From the NCBI GenBank assembly GCA_035387745.1, contig DAOOON010000001.1:31952-63951 (forward strand): a DNA stretch of 32,000 nt. The letters are read 5' to 3'. Below, piece after piece: positions 6,012-14,481 of the stretch (positions are counted from its first letter, which is position 1; the number at the start of each line of letters is the position of its first letter). This stretch comes from an archaeon. GTDB lineage: Archaea > Iainarchaeota > Iainarchaeia > Iainarchaeales > CSSED10-239. The notes under the pieces were generated by a model that made no database searches, was not told the origin of the DNA, and saw only the letters and a program-made list of their open reading frames with translations. A program made the translations under genes and the position numbers.

Positions 6012-7898
6012 ATGGAAGACGAATTTAAAACCATAAAAGATTATATAGAAAAATTTCTAGCAAAGAAAAACATTAATGTGTCTAAAATTGATGCTGAAGG
6101 ACCAGAGATTGGCATCTACACAGATACTCCATTAATTTTCTTTGAAGAAAAAGCAATTATCGGCGAGCTTGCTGAGCAATTAAAAAAAAGAATAAACATT
6201 AGATCTGAAAAAAGTATTCTGATGGATCCAGCAGAAGCTTTAAAGATAATTAAAGAGATTGTCCCTGAAGATGCAGATGTCAAAAGCACCTTCTTTGATA
6301 CTTCTTTTAGCGAAGTGGTAATTGAAGCAATTAAACCAGGCGTTGTTATTGGTAAACAAGGCATGATCTCAAGAGAGATAATAAAAAGAACAGGTTGGAT
6401 ACCAAGAATAATAAGAGCTCCAACAGAGCAATCAGAGATTCTAAAAAGAGTAAGATTAACGCTATTAAAGAACAGCTCAGAAAGAAAGACTTTCTTAAAG
6501 TCAGTAGCTAATACAATCTATAGCCCGCCAGTAAGCAATAATGACTGGATAAGAGTAACTGCTCTTGGTGGTTTTAGAGAGGTAGGTAGAAGTTGTATTC
6601 TTCTAGAGACTCCTGACACAAAAATTCTTTTAGACTGTGGACTTAATGCTTCTGATAAAAACGAAGAAGCACCATACTTTGATGTTTTAAGATTTCCTTT
6701 AGATGAACTTGATGCAGTGATCATTGGCCACGCCCATGTTGATCATTGTGGTTTCTTGCCTTATCTTTTCAAAGCAGGCTATAACGGCCCAGTCTATTGT
6801 ACAGAGCCAACAAGGGATTTGATGGCATTACTTCAATTTGATCTGATTGATGTTGCAGTAAAAAGTGGAAGAGAACCACCATATCTTGAAGAGCATGTTA
6901 AAGAAGTAATCAAACACACAATAACAAGAGACTACAGAGAAGTAACAGACATTGCTCCAGGAATCAGATTAACTTTTCACGACGCGGCACACATTCTAGG
7001 TTCTGCTTCTGTTCACTTACATATAGGCGAAGGAAAACAAAATCTAGTATATACTGGCGATTTCAAGTTTGGCTTTACAAGGTTATTCAATAATATGGAT
7101 ATCAATTATCCAAGACTAGAATCAATGATAATGGAAAGCACATATGGTGGTAAAGAAGTTACACCATCAAGAATGCATTCCGAAACAAACCTTATTGACG
7201 TTATTAATGAGACTACAGAAAAAGGAGGGATAACTTTAATTCCAGTCTTCTCTGTAGGTAGAGCTCAAGAGGCAATGATTATTCTTGAGGAATACTATAG
7301 ACAAGGTAAATTAAAGGCCTCAAAGATTCTTGTTGACGGCATGACAAGACAGGCTTCTGCAATTCACACAGTTTATCCAGAGTATCTAAAGAAGAACATT
7401 AAGACAAGAGTTCTACAAAACAACTCTCCATTCCTTTCTGATATTTTTGTTACAGTTGATGATGCAAAAGAAGGCGAGGAATTAATAACTCCAGGAACAG
7501 TAATTCTAGCTTCATCTGGTATGCTAACTGGTGGCCCATCTTTAAGATATTTCCAGAGATTTGCAAGTGACCCAAATAACACAATGGTGTTTGTAGGTTA
7601 CCAGGCAAGAAATACTTTAGGTTACAAGATACAGAAAGGCTTAAAATCTATGCCTGTAGTTGAAGATGGAAAAAATAAAAACCTCGATATTAATATGAGA
7701 ATAGAGACTGTTGATTCTTTTAGTGGCCACTCTTACAGAGCAGAGCTTCTTAATTTCTTAAACATGTTAAAGCCAATGCCAAAAACCATTTTGATTAATC
7801 ACGGAGATTCTTGTCAAGAATTTGCAAACTATGTTGGCAGAAAATACAATGTTGATACAAAATCTATTCAGGATTTAGAAAGCATAAGGCTAAGGTAG
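6012..7898 (+). CDS. fttA: aCPSF1 / FttA: KH-domain beta-CASP metallo-beta-lactamase ribonuclease (archaeal transcription termination factor)
   Basis: 628-aa ORF. An N-terminal KH-like region (VVIGKQGMISREI) is followed by an MBL motif (HAHVDHCG) and a beta-CASP region. The length and architecture are typical of aCPSF1. Confidence 0.9.
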   Translation: MEDEFKTIKDYIEKFLAKKNINVSKIDAEGPEIGIYTDTPLIFFEEKAIIGELAEQLKKRINIRSEKSILMDPAEALKIIKEIVPEDADVKSTFFDTSFSEVVIEAIKPGVVIGKQGMISREIIKRTGWIPRIIRAPTEQSEILKRVRLTLLKNSSERKTFLKSVANTIYSPPVSNNDWIRVTALGGFREVGRSCILLETPDTKILLDCGLNASDKNEEAPYFDVLRFPLDELDAVIIGHAHVDHCGFLPYLFKAGYNGPVYCTEPTRDLMALLQFDLIDVAVKSGREPPYLEEHVKEVIKHTITRDYREVTDIAPGIRLTFHDAAHILGSASVHLHIGEGKQNLVYTGDFKFGFTRLFNNMDINYPRLESMIMESTYGGKEVTPSRMHSETNLIDVINETTEKGGITLIPVFSVGRAQEAMIILEEYYRQGKLKASKILVDGMTRQASAIHTVYPEYLKKNIKTRVLQNNSPFLSDIFVTVDDAKEGEELITPGTVILASSGMLTGGPSLRYFQRFASDPNNTMVFVGYQARNTLGYKIQKGLKSMPVVEDGKNKNLDINMRIETVDSFSGHSYRAELLNFLNMLKPMPKTILINHGDSCQEFANYVGRKYNVDTKSIQDLESIRLR

Positions 7899-7904
7899 AT
7901 TACT

Positions 7905-8393
7905 ATGAAGATATTAATTGCAGGAATTCCCGGCGTTGGCAAATCAGAGATTTCTAAAGTTCTAGGTAAACAAAAAAAATTTAAAGTAATAAACGACAAA
8001 GATTATTCCATAAAGAATAATCTAGGATATTATGAGGTAATAGATGGTTATAAGGAATATTTTGTTGGTTTAAACGCGCTAAATATTTCTGTTTTAAAAG
8101 AACTAAAATCAAAAGATAACATTATCTTTGAAGGCCATTTATGGTGTGAATTATCAAAAAGCAATTTAAAGTATTTTGATAAGATTATTGTTCTAACTAC
8201 TGATAAAAATACAATTAGAGAGAGACTAGAGAAAAGGAGATATAGGCTTGTTAAGATTGAAGAAAACATATTTTGTCAAGAACACAAATATATTCCTGAA
8301 GAGTTTGATAAGAAGAACACAAAATATATTGTGATAAAACTAAATAATAATTTAAAAGAGAATGTAAAAAAAATAAGTGAGAAAATATGGTAA
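7905..8393 (+). CDS. Fap7-like adenylate kinase / nucleoside-triphosphatase (COG1936)
   Basis: 162-aa ORF with P-loop GIPGVGKS, EGHLWCEL, and VLTTDKNTIRERLEKRRYRLVKIEENIFCQ resembling the Fap7/AK6 C-terminal pattern. Confidence 0.65.
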   Translation: MKILIAGIPGVGKSEISKVLGKQKKFKVINDKDYSIKNNLGYYEVIDGYKEYFVGLNALNISVLKELKSKDNIIFEGHLWCELSKSNLKYFDKIIVLTTDKNTIRERLEKRRYRLVKIEENIFCQEHKYIPEEFDKKNTKYIVIKLNNNLKENVKKISEKIW

Positions 8394-9178
8394 GAGCACT
8401 ATCCACTGCCCAAACACAAAGTGTTAGAGAGATTAAGAAGAATGCAGATATAAAAAAAGCAAATAAGAAATTATCTGTTTTTGTTGTAACTTTTTTTATT
8501 ATGCTTATTATTGGTTTTATTGCCTTTAAAGCCTACACCTATTACCAAAGCACAAAGTTTGATTTTAAAGAAACAGAGAAAGGAATTAATTTTTATTCAA
8601 AAGATATGCCGATTAAAGACGCCTTACAGGTTTCTTTAGATTCTAATAAAGTTGCAATATCTACCAATTTACTAATTAATTATTCTGGCACAACAAATCC
8701 TGTTCTTGAGCCATCAATTCTTGCAACAACAATCTTTGTTTTTAAAGACAAAAACACAATTAATATTAACAACCGACTTGATGAGAATTTTTCAATAATA
8801 AAATGCTCAACAAATTATGGAGACAATCTTACAAGCGTTGATTTAAATAGCACAGAGTGTTTAGCTTTATTTTCTCAAATAGAATCAAAGCTAGTAATTA
8901 ATACTCCAAATCCAAGTCTTAAAGAATCAAGGGTTGATATCTATCCTATGGAAAAAACAATAATAATCAATTCTAAATCTGAAACCGATTTGCTGGTTTC
9001 AACCTATCTTTTACTAAAGGCAAATTATTCAGACGTAGAGAGCATATTATTCAAAGTTGAAAACATAAAAAAGAAATTATCTAATTATTTAGATAGCAAT
9101 TCTGTTAAAGACACAAACTCTACAACCCCACCAGATTACAATAATCAAGATAGCAATTTAGAAGATTTAAATAACTAG
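8387..9178 (+). CDS. Hypothetical membrane-anchored protein (basic N-terminus, one TM helix, N/S/T-rich ectodomain)
   Basis: 263-aa ORF whose ATG overlaps the upstream stop. The TM segment is LSVFVVTFFIMLIIGFIAF. No recognisable family. Confidence 0.6.
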   Translation: MVRALSTAQTQSVREIKKNADIKKANKKLSVFVVTFFIMLIIGFIAFKAYTYYQSTKFDFKETEKGINFYSKDMPIKDALQVSLDSNKVAISTNLLINYSGTTNPVLEPSILATTIFVFKDKNTININNRLDENFSIIKCSTNYGDNLTSVDLNSTECLALFSQIESKLVINTPNPSLKESRVDIYPMEKTIIINSKSETDLLVSTYLLLKANYSDVESILFKVENIKKKLSNYLDSNSVKDTNSTTPPDYNNQDSNLEDLNN

Positions 9179-10155
9179 CTTATTTGATCTATTTTTATTT
9201 CTTTTTTTATATTAAAGATTTGTTCTATTTCTGTAGCTGAGATTATTGGTTTTTTAAAGCTATTAAAGTCGTCATAGGCTATTCTTGGGCAAGCAGTATT
9301 AATATAGCAGTCAACATCAATACCTAGAAGATAATTTTCGTTAATATAGTCACTAACAAGAATGTTTGCGATTTTTCCGTTTTTTTCTAATTTTGTTTTT
9401 ATCTTCTTTGCAAGTTTTAGTCTGTTCTGTCCTGGCTTACTACTAACAAGTATTCCAAAAGATCTACATTCTAATGCTCTAGCGACTGCAGCATATCTTT
9501 GCCTTAAAAACTTTTCATCATATGCTATTTTTTCAGATTGCCCAATAAGTGGGTTAATAAGATATACTTCTTGTTTTCTGTGATTGTAAGAGACATTGTT
9601 AATATGAAACCACCCGTCTCCAACAAAAACAATCGGATTAGCATTATCGCAAAGATTAGAGCAGTCACAGCCCAGTATCTGGTGTTCCTGTAGCCTTTTT
9701 GTTTTATTTGATTCTATTACTTCTATTTTCGCTTTTAGTAGTTCTTCTTTAATCACAGAGATATTTGAAAGATATTGCACAGTTGTAACTAGTGATATTT
9801 CCTTAAGCCCGTGTTTTTTAATTTCTGAAACAATAAAATCTATTTGTTCGTTAGTGTATTCAAAGTTTAATGGCACATATATTATCTTTACTGCTTTTGT
9901 TGTCTTTAGCCCAGGCAATTGTCTGTGCCCAAAATGAAGTAAGGTTTTACAGCCAAGATCTTTTGCTTCTCTAAATTTTATATCGCAAGCACCATAGCAA
10001 GGGTCAACAAAAAGAGCAGGAGAGTAGTCTTTTAGTTCTTCAAGAATAAGACTAGAGAACTGTTTAAGTCCTTCAGGTATCTGTATTCCCAGAGGCGAAA
10101 CAATTTCTGTTTTTGTTTTTTTTATTTCTGTAATTATTATATCTTTAAGTGACAT
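9175..10155 (-). CDS. dph2: Diphthamide biosynthesis protein Dph2 (2-(3-amino-3-carboxypropyl)histidine synthase)
   Basis: The Dph2-like length and pattern are present (FVDPCYGACD, ILGCDCS, three-domain repeat). The ORF-track start at 10191 is a TTG. The first ATG (MSLKDIII) is at 10155 and is preceded by ttttatatattatt, so the ATG start is preferred. Confidence 0.8.
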   Translation of the reverse strand: MSLKDIIITEIKKTKTEIVSPLGIQIPEGLKQFSSLILEELKDYSPALFVDPCYGACDIKFREAKDLGCKTLLHFGHRQLPGLKTTKAVKIIYVPLNFEYTNEQIDFIVSEIKKHGLKEISLVTTVQYLSNISVIKEELLKAKIEVIESNKTKRLQEHQILGCDCSNLCDNANPIVFVGDGWFHINNVSYNHRKQEVYLINPLIGQSEKIAYDEKFLRQRYAAVARALECRSFGILVSSKPGQNRLKLAKKIKTKLEKNGKIANILVSDYINENYLLGIDVDCYINTACPRIAYDDFNSFKKPIISATEIEQIFNIKKEIKIDQIS

Positions 10156-10265
10156 AATAATATATAAAACCCAAAAACTATTAAAACCCAAAGCATAGAG
10201 AGTAAGTTTATAATATCTTTGTTATTAATTTATATGTTGAATAAAAAAGAAAAAAACTGATTTTT

Positions 10266-11630
10266 ATGTATGTAGGAATAGACAAATCAAAGCTTGATAC
10301 TTATAAAGAAACAAAAAAGAAAATACTAGGTCTGATTAAACCAACAGACACACAGATACTTAAAGAAAAAGAATTTACAGACAAACTTATAAAGAAAGCA
10401 AAAGGCTTGCCAGGTAAACATCTAGATGTTGTTCTTGCAGGTTCTGCAGCGCGTAACACTAATCTAAAAGAAACAAAGGATTTTGATATCTTTGTTCTTT
10501 ATCCAAAGGACACTTCAAAAGAAGAATTTACAAAAGAGGCCTTAGATATTGGCCAAAATTTTTTTAAAGGTTATTTCTCAGAGAAAGTCTATTCCGAGCA
10601 CCCATATGTTCGAGGTGTTATTGATGGCTACAAGATAGATTTAGTTCCAGCCTACAAGATAGATTCAACAGACGAGATGATTTCTTCAGTTGACAGAACG
10701 CCTTTCCATCAAGCCTATATTTTTAAAAACATGAAAGAGGCACAGAAGGATGAAGTTAGGTTTTTAAAGTATTTTTTAAAGTATATTGGTGGTTATGGTG
10801 CAGATCCTCAATATCAAGGGTTCTCTGGTTATCTTTGTGAGCTATTGATTCTCTACTATGGTGATTTTATAAAAACCATAGAGCACGTAGCAAATTGGCA
10901 AACTCCAGTTAGACTAGTTCTTGCTTCAGAAGATATTGAACACTTAGGGCCGTTTGATGATGCCTTTGTAATGATTGATCCAGTAGACAAAAAAAGAAAT
11001 GTGGCAAGTGCTGTTAGTATGACAACGCTATCAAGATTTATTGCGGCGTCAAGGGCATTTTTAACTAAACCCACAACTGAGTTTTTCTCTAACAATAACA
11101 AGCCACAGACCTATCATCAGTTAGTTACTTGGGTAAATAATGTTCCATTAACAACAATTGAGTTTGATGTTGAAGGGCTTGTAAAAGATATTGTTTGGTC
11201 AAAGCTAAGAAAATATTTAACAAAGCTTTCCAATCATCTTGAAAACCAAAAGTTTACAATTTTAAAGTCAAATGTCTATTATGAGGAAAAATCAAAATAC
11301 GCTTATATCATTCTAATGACAGATATGCTTGTGCTTCCTAAGTTTGAAAAAGCAACAGGGCCTTTTGTTAGTGACATGTCAAACTCTGAGAAATTTATAG
11401 AAAACTCAAAAGCAATCTATGGTCCATTTGTTAAGGACGATAGATGGTATTGCATAAAGTCTCGAAGGTTTGTTGAGATAAAAGACGTTATTGAAGATTT
11501 CTCAAATATTAATTTTGATATAAAATGTGAGATCTTTGTAGAGCAAGATATCATTAAGCTTTACACAAAGAATACAGATGTTATGCCATATTTTACTGAT
11601 TTCTTCTATCCAAGAGAAAACTTTTTATAA
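10266..11630 (+). CDS. cca: CCA-adding enzyme (archaeal class I tRNA nucleotidyltransferase)
   Basis: 454-aa ORF with GSAARNTNLKETKDFDIFVLYP (class I nucleotidyltransferase G[SG]...D.D motif), SEHPYVRG and SSVDRTPFHQAYI, all hallmark blocks of archaeal CCA-adding enzymes. Confidence 0.9.
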   Translation: MYVGIDKSKLDTYKETKKKILGLIKPTDTQILKEKEFTDKLIKKAKGLPGKHLDVVLAGSAARNTNLKETKDFDIFVLYPKDTSKEEFTKEALDIGQNFFKGYFSEKVYSEHPYVRGVIDGYKIDLVPAYKIDSTDEMISSVDRTPFHQAYIFKNMKEAQKDEVRFLKYFLKYIGGYGADPQYQGFSGYLCELLILYYGDFIKTIEHVANWQTPVRLVLASEDIEHLGPFDDAFVMIDPVDKKRNVASAVSMTTLSRFIAASRAFLTKPTTEFFSNNNKPQTYHQLVTWVNNVPLTTIEFDVEGLVKDIVWSKLRKYLTKLSNHLENQKFTILKSNVYYEEKSKYAYIILMTDMLVLPKFEKATGPFVSDMSNSEKFIENSKAIYGPFVKDDRWYCIKSRRFVEIKDVIEDFSNINFDIKCEIFVEQDIIKLYTKNTDVMPYFTDFFYPRENFL

Positions 11631-11642
11631 ATTGTTCTTTTC

Positions 11643-12572
11643 TTATTTAATCCCTTTTTCTTTTTTATATCTAAACAACGTGTTTCTAAGAGCAATCATA
11701 GAAACTTCTGCCATCACTGGGTCTAGGTCGCCAGTTGTAAGTTCTTGTGCACTTATTCTTTCTCTTTTGGTTTTTCCTTTTTCAATTTTTAATAATTTTC
11801 CTTGAAATTTAGGCACGCCTTCAATATCTGTAATACTAAATTTATTAATATCAACATCTCCAAAATAATAATCTAGTTTTGGTTTAGAATATCGCGTTGC
11901 AAAAAACATCGCAGAATAACTTTTAATTTTTGGGTCAATGTCTGCTAAAACCAGCTGAAGCCTTTTAACACTTGTGCCATTGTATCCGCTATCTATAACA
12001 ACAACAGGTCTTTTAAGATTAATATTTTGTTTAATCCATTTTTTAAGTTCAATAATTGCAGAAGTTAATGGTATTTTCTTTGCCATTTTTTTTAATCTTA
12101 AAGAATTAGATTCTAGCAACATATATTCTTTAGGGTGAATATCAGCAATTAGTTTAGTGTCTGTGTGTTCTTCCGCTTCTTTACTGGATAGTATTTTTTT
12201 AAATTGTTCTTTTTTAAATCCATATTGAGAACAAAGCTCTCTTGCTATAAACATATATGGTAAAGCATCTCTGTCAATAAAAACAAACTCTGCATTTCTT
12301 AGTTTTGGATCTTTTGAAAATCTTTTAAGCATAGAAATTGTTTGGTTAATTATTTCTTTAGCGTTTTGTCTATAGGTTCTATATTTTAAGTAAACTTTCT
12401 GTTTATCTATAAACTTTCTATTTTCTGTTTTAAAATCTGTTTTTTTAAGATCAGATTGGCTTTCTAATTCCGATATTTGCTGTCGTTTTCGTTTTTCTAA
12501 TCTTTCAAAGAAATTTCCGGTCTTTGTCTTACTTCCAAAGGTCTTGAATGCTTTTGTTTTACCAATTGCCAT
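11643..12572 (-). CDS. Hypothetical protein with a lysine-rich N-terminus and a possible type I phosphoribosyltransferase-like PRPP-loop (PVVVIDSGYNGTS)
   Basis: 309-aa ORF with an ATG start. No confident family. The PRT-like assignment rests on a single short motif. Confidence 0.55.
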   Translation of the reverse strand: MAIGKTKAFKTFGSKTKTGNFFERLEKRKRQQISELESQSDLKKTDFKTENRKFIDKQKVYLKYRTYRQNAKEIINQTISMLKRFSKDPKLRNAEFVFIDRDALPYMFIARELCSQYGFKKEQFKKILSSKEAEEHTDTKLIADIHPKEYMLLESNSLRLKKMAKKIPLTSAIIELKKWIKQNINLKRPVVVIDSGYNGTSVKRLQLVLADIDPKIKSYSAMFFATRYSKPKLDYYFGDVDINKFSITDIEGVPKFQGKLLKIEKGKTKRERISAQELTTGDLDPVMAEVSMIALRNTLFRYKKEKGIK

Positions 12573-12597
12573 AATTATTCTGTTTTTCTTTAAAAAA

Positions 12598-12671
12598 CGG
12601 GTTTGGGAGGATTTGAACCCCCGTCAGCAGGTCCGAAGCCAGCTGCACTATCCAGGCTATGCTACAAACCC
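12598..12671 (-). tRNA. tRNA-Arg (anticodon TCG), no encoded CCA
   Basis: The reverse complement reads GGGTTTGTAGCATAGCCTGGATAGTGCAGCTGGCTTCGGACCTGCTGACGGGGGTTCAAATCCTCCCAAACCCG. It has a 7-bp acceptor stem GGGTTTG/CAAACCC, a D-arm GCAT/GTGC with the GG loop, anticodon loop CTTCGGA, T-arm GGGGG-TTCAAAT-CCTCC and discriminator G. There is one T-T mismatch in the anticodon stem. It was folded by eye. Confidence 0.8.
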
Positions 12672-12759
12672 ATTTATAAAAATATTCTTTCTATAATATT
12701 TATAGTATAAGTAATACTTTAAAGTATTCGTTTTTTAAGTTATTAAGGAGTGTTAACAA

Positions 12760-12915
12760 ATGGATAAATGTACAAGCTGTAACAAAGAAGTTACAACAGA
12801 CTATACACAGTTTAAATGCCCATCTTGTGGCAAAAATAAAATCATAAGATGTACAAGATGTAAAACCACATCAAAGACCTATAGATGTAAAGAATGTGGC
12901 TTTATTGGACCTTAA
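12760..12915 (+). CDS. Zn-ribbon RNA-binding protein (DUF1610 / COG2888-like), 51 aa
   Basis: Not in the supplied ORF track (too short). The sequence is MDKCTSCNKEVTTDYTQFKCPSCGKNKIIRCTRCKTTSKTYRCKECGFIGP, with four CxxC pairs. AAGGAG lies 9 nt upstream. The position immediately upstream of aEF-1beta is conserved in archaea. Confidence 0.65.
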   Translation: MDKCTSCNKEVTTDYTQFKCPSCGKNKIIRCTRCKTTSKTYRCKECGFIGP

Positions 12916-12928
12916 AAGGTGAAAATTT

Positions 12929-13198
12929 ATGGGAGACATTCTAACAGTTTATAAACTATTTCCAGAAGAAATAGAAGATACAGAGAAAATTCAGGAGTTT
13001 ATTAAAAACAACTCTCCAGGAACAGAGTTTAGACTTAATACTGTTGACTTAGAACCAATAGGTTTTGGTTTATCAGTAGTTAAGGTTTCTTATGTTTTTT
13101 CTGATAAAGTAGATGGTCTTTTAGATAAGCTTGAAGGCTTTTTAAAAGGGATTTCTGGAGTAAATGAAATAGAGGTTATTGCAACCACCCTAATTTAG
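12929..13198 (+). CDS. ef1b: Translation elongation factor aEF-1 beta
   Basis: 89-aa ORF. MGDILTVYKLFPEE ... EPIGFGLSVVKVSYVF ... ISGVNEIEV matches the aEF-1beta pattern and length. Confidence 0.85.
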   Translation: MGDILTVYKLFPEEIEDTEKIQEFIKNNSPGTEFRLNTVDLEPIGFGLSVVKVSYVFSDKVDGLLDKLEGFLKGISGVNEIEVIATTLI

Positions 13199-13253
13199 TT
13201 TTTTTAATAAAAAAGAATGGTTTTAAAACTATTCCTTTCTTTCTTTTTAGTAT

Positions 13254-13706
13254 ATGTTTACTAAAAAAGGTCAACTTTCAATAGAGGTTCTAATAATTAT
13301 AATTTTTTTTATTACCTTTATCTATGTTTATAATAATTTAGCAGAGCAAACAGTTTATTCTTTAGAAGTAAATAAGATAAAAGAGCAAGAGCTAACAATT
13401 GCTCTTTCTGTTAATGAGTTTTTAGAAGCGCAAAAAAATATTTTAGCAGACTCAACTATTGTAGATTATAATGCAACCTATCGTTTGCCAACAATAGCAA
13501 TAGCAAGTAGAAAATTAACTTCCTGTTTTGTAGATATTAATCTTGACACACAACAGCTGATTGTTCAAACAGATTATTCTAATATTCACACAGATATAGA
13601 TATTAATCTTTCAAGCACAGATTTTAATATTTCGGGCATTATAAGTTGCGGGCAGACAATTGTGTGTGATAAACCCTCAACAAAAATAGAGTGTAGACAA
13701 ATATGA
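13254..13706 (+). CDS. Class III signal peptide (type IV prepilin-like) protein 1
   Basis: 150 aa. MFTKKGQLSIEVLIIIIFFITFIYV has a basic leader, a G at the putative cleavage site, Glu at +5 and a hydrophobic helix. Cys pairs lie in the C-terminal part. It is the first gene of a four-gene overlapping cluster. Confidence 0.65.
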   Translation: MFTKKGQLSIEVLIIIIFFITFIYVYNNLAEQTVYSLEVNKIKEQELTIALSVNEFLEAQKNILADSTIVDYNATYRLPTIAIASRKLTSCFVDINLDTQQLIVQTDYSNIHTDIDINLSSTDFNISGIISCGQTIVCDKPSTKIECRQI

Positions 13707-14188
13707 TAAAGACAAAAAAAGGGCAAGTAATGTTATTAGATGTTTTATTTGCAGTAGTTATAGTTATACTTATGTTTTTCTTGTTATTAAAGTTTGTAGA
13801 AACAGACATCTACAAAACAAATGTGGACAGCAGAACAGAAGAGCTAACAAGTATTGGTTCTATAGCTTATCAGAAGTTTTTGAATAATCCAAAGATTAAT
13901 TGTAAAGTCACAGATTCACAAAATTCTTTTTATCTTCCAGGAACCATAGATACTTCTGAAACAATTACAAAAGCAGATTTGGGTATACCTGCAGATTATA
14001 ATTGTCATACTGACCCAACAGTTGATGGCTGTCAAGCAACCGCCTTTTCTGGTCCATCCTACACCATTCAATTTCCTGTAGTTACTTGTTCCACAGATTT
14101 AAACAAAAACACATATATCGATTATATTACAGATATTTATAATCCATCAACACAACTAATAACATTACAAGTATGGAGGGCGAGTTAA
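13703..14188 (+). CDS. Class III signal peptide (type IV prepilin-like) protein 2
   Basis: 161 aa. MIKTKKGQVMLLDVLFAVVIVILMFFLLL. The start overlaps the upstream stop (ATGA). The mature part contains several Cys. Confidence 0.65.
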   Translation: MIKTKKGQVMLLDVLFAVVIVILMFFLLLKFVETDIYKTNVDSRTEELTSIGSIAYQKFLNNPKINCKVTDSQNSFYLPGTIDTSETITKADLGIPADYNCHTDPTVDGCQATAFSGPSYTIQFPVVTCSTDLNKNTYIDYITDIYNPSTQLITLQVWRAS

Positions 14189-14481
14189 TGAAATCAAAGG
14201 CTTTTATATTTAGTGTTACTGCGCTTTATTTTGTTATGTTGTTTGTTTTATTTATGGGTCTGATTACTTATACTTATCATAACGCAGTCTATAAGCAAAC
14301 AACCTCGGTGGTTGATAAAACAGCAAGTGATTATATTCAAGGAAATGATTCTACATCTATTCCAACAAATGGCTGGTGTGTAAGAAGAATAGTCTATGAT
14401 GCAAACACACAAAGCAGTACCCAATCTCCAAGAGAAATAAAAACATATTGTGAGGATTATGGCACGCAAAGGTTTATTTGA
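14188..14481 (+). CDS. Class III signal peptide-like small protein 3
   Basis: The preferred start is the ATG at 14188 (MKSKAFIFSVTALYFVMLFVLFMG), which overlaps the upstream TAA. The ORF track also allows an ATG at 14173. Confidence 0.55.
   Translation: MKSKAFIFSVTALYFVMLFVLFMGLITYTYHNAVYKQTTSVVDKTASDYIQGNDSTSIPTNGWCVRRIVYDANTQSSTQSPREIKTYCEDYGTQRFI

Noticed and set aside
10156-10191. Extended N-termini offered by the ORF track at non-ATG codons: dph2 TTG at 10191, pheT TTG at 28484 and pilin-like GTG at 14450.
   Set aside because: In each case an ATG a few codons downstream gives an N-terminus matching the family (MSLKD..., MATIELNF..., MARKGLFELV...) and removes overlap with the neighbouring gene or promoter. 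The extensions are treated as artefacts.
11578-11805. 75-aa plus-strand ORF overlapping the cca 3' end and running antisense into ORF 11643-12572.
   Set aside because: It overlaps two longer ORFs and is low-complexity with no motifs.
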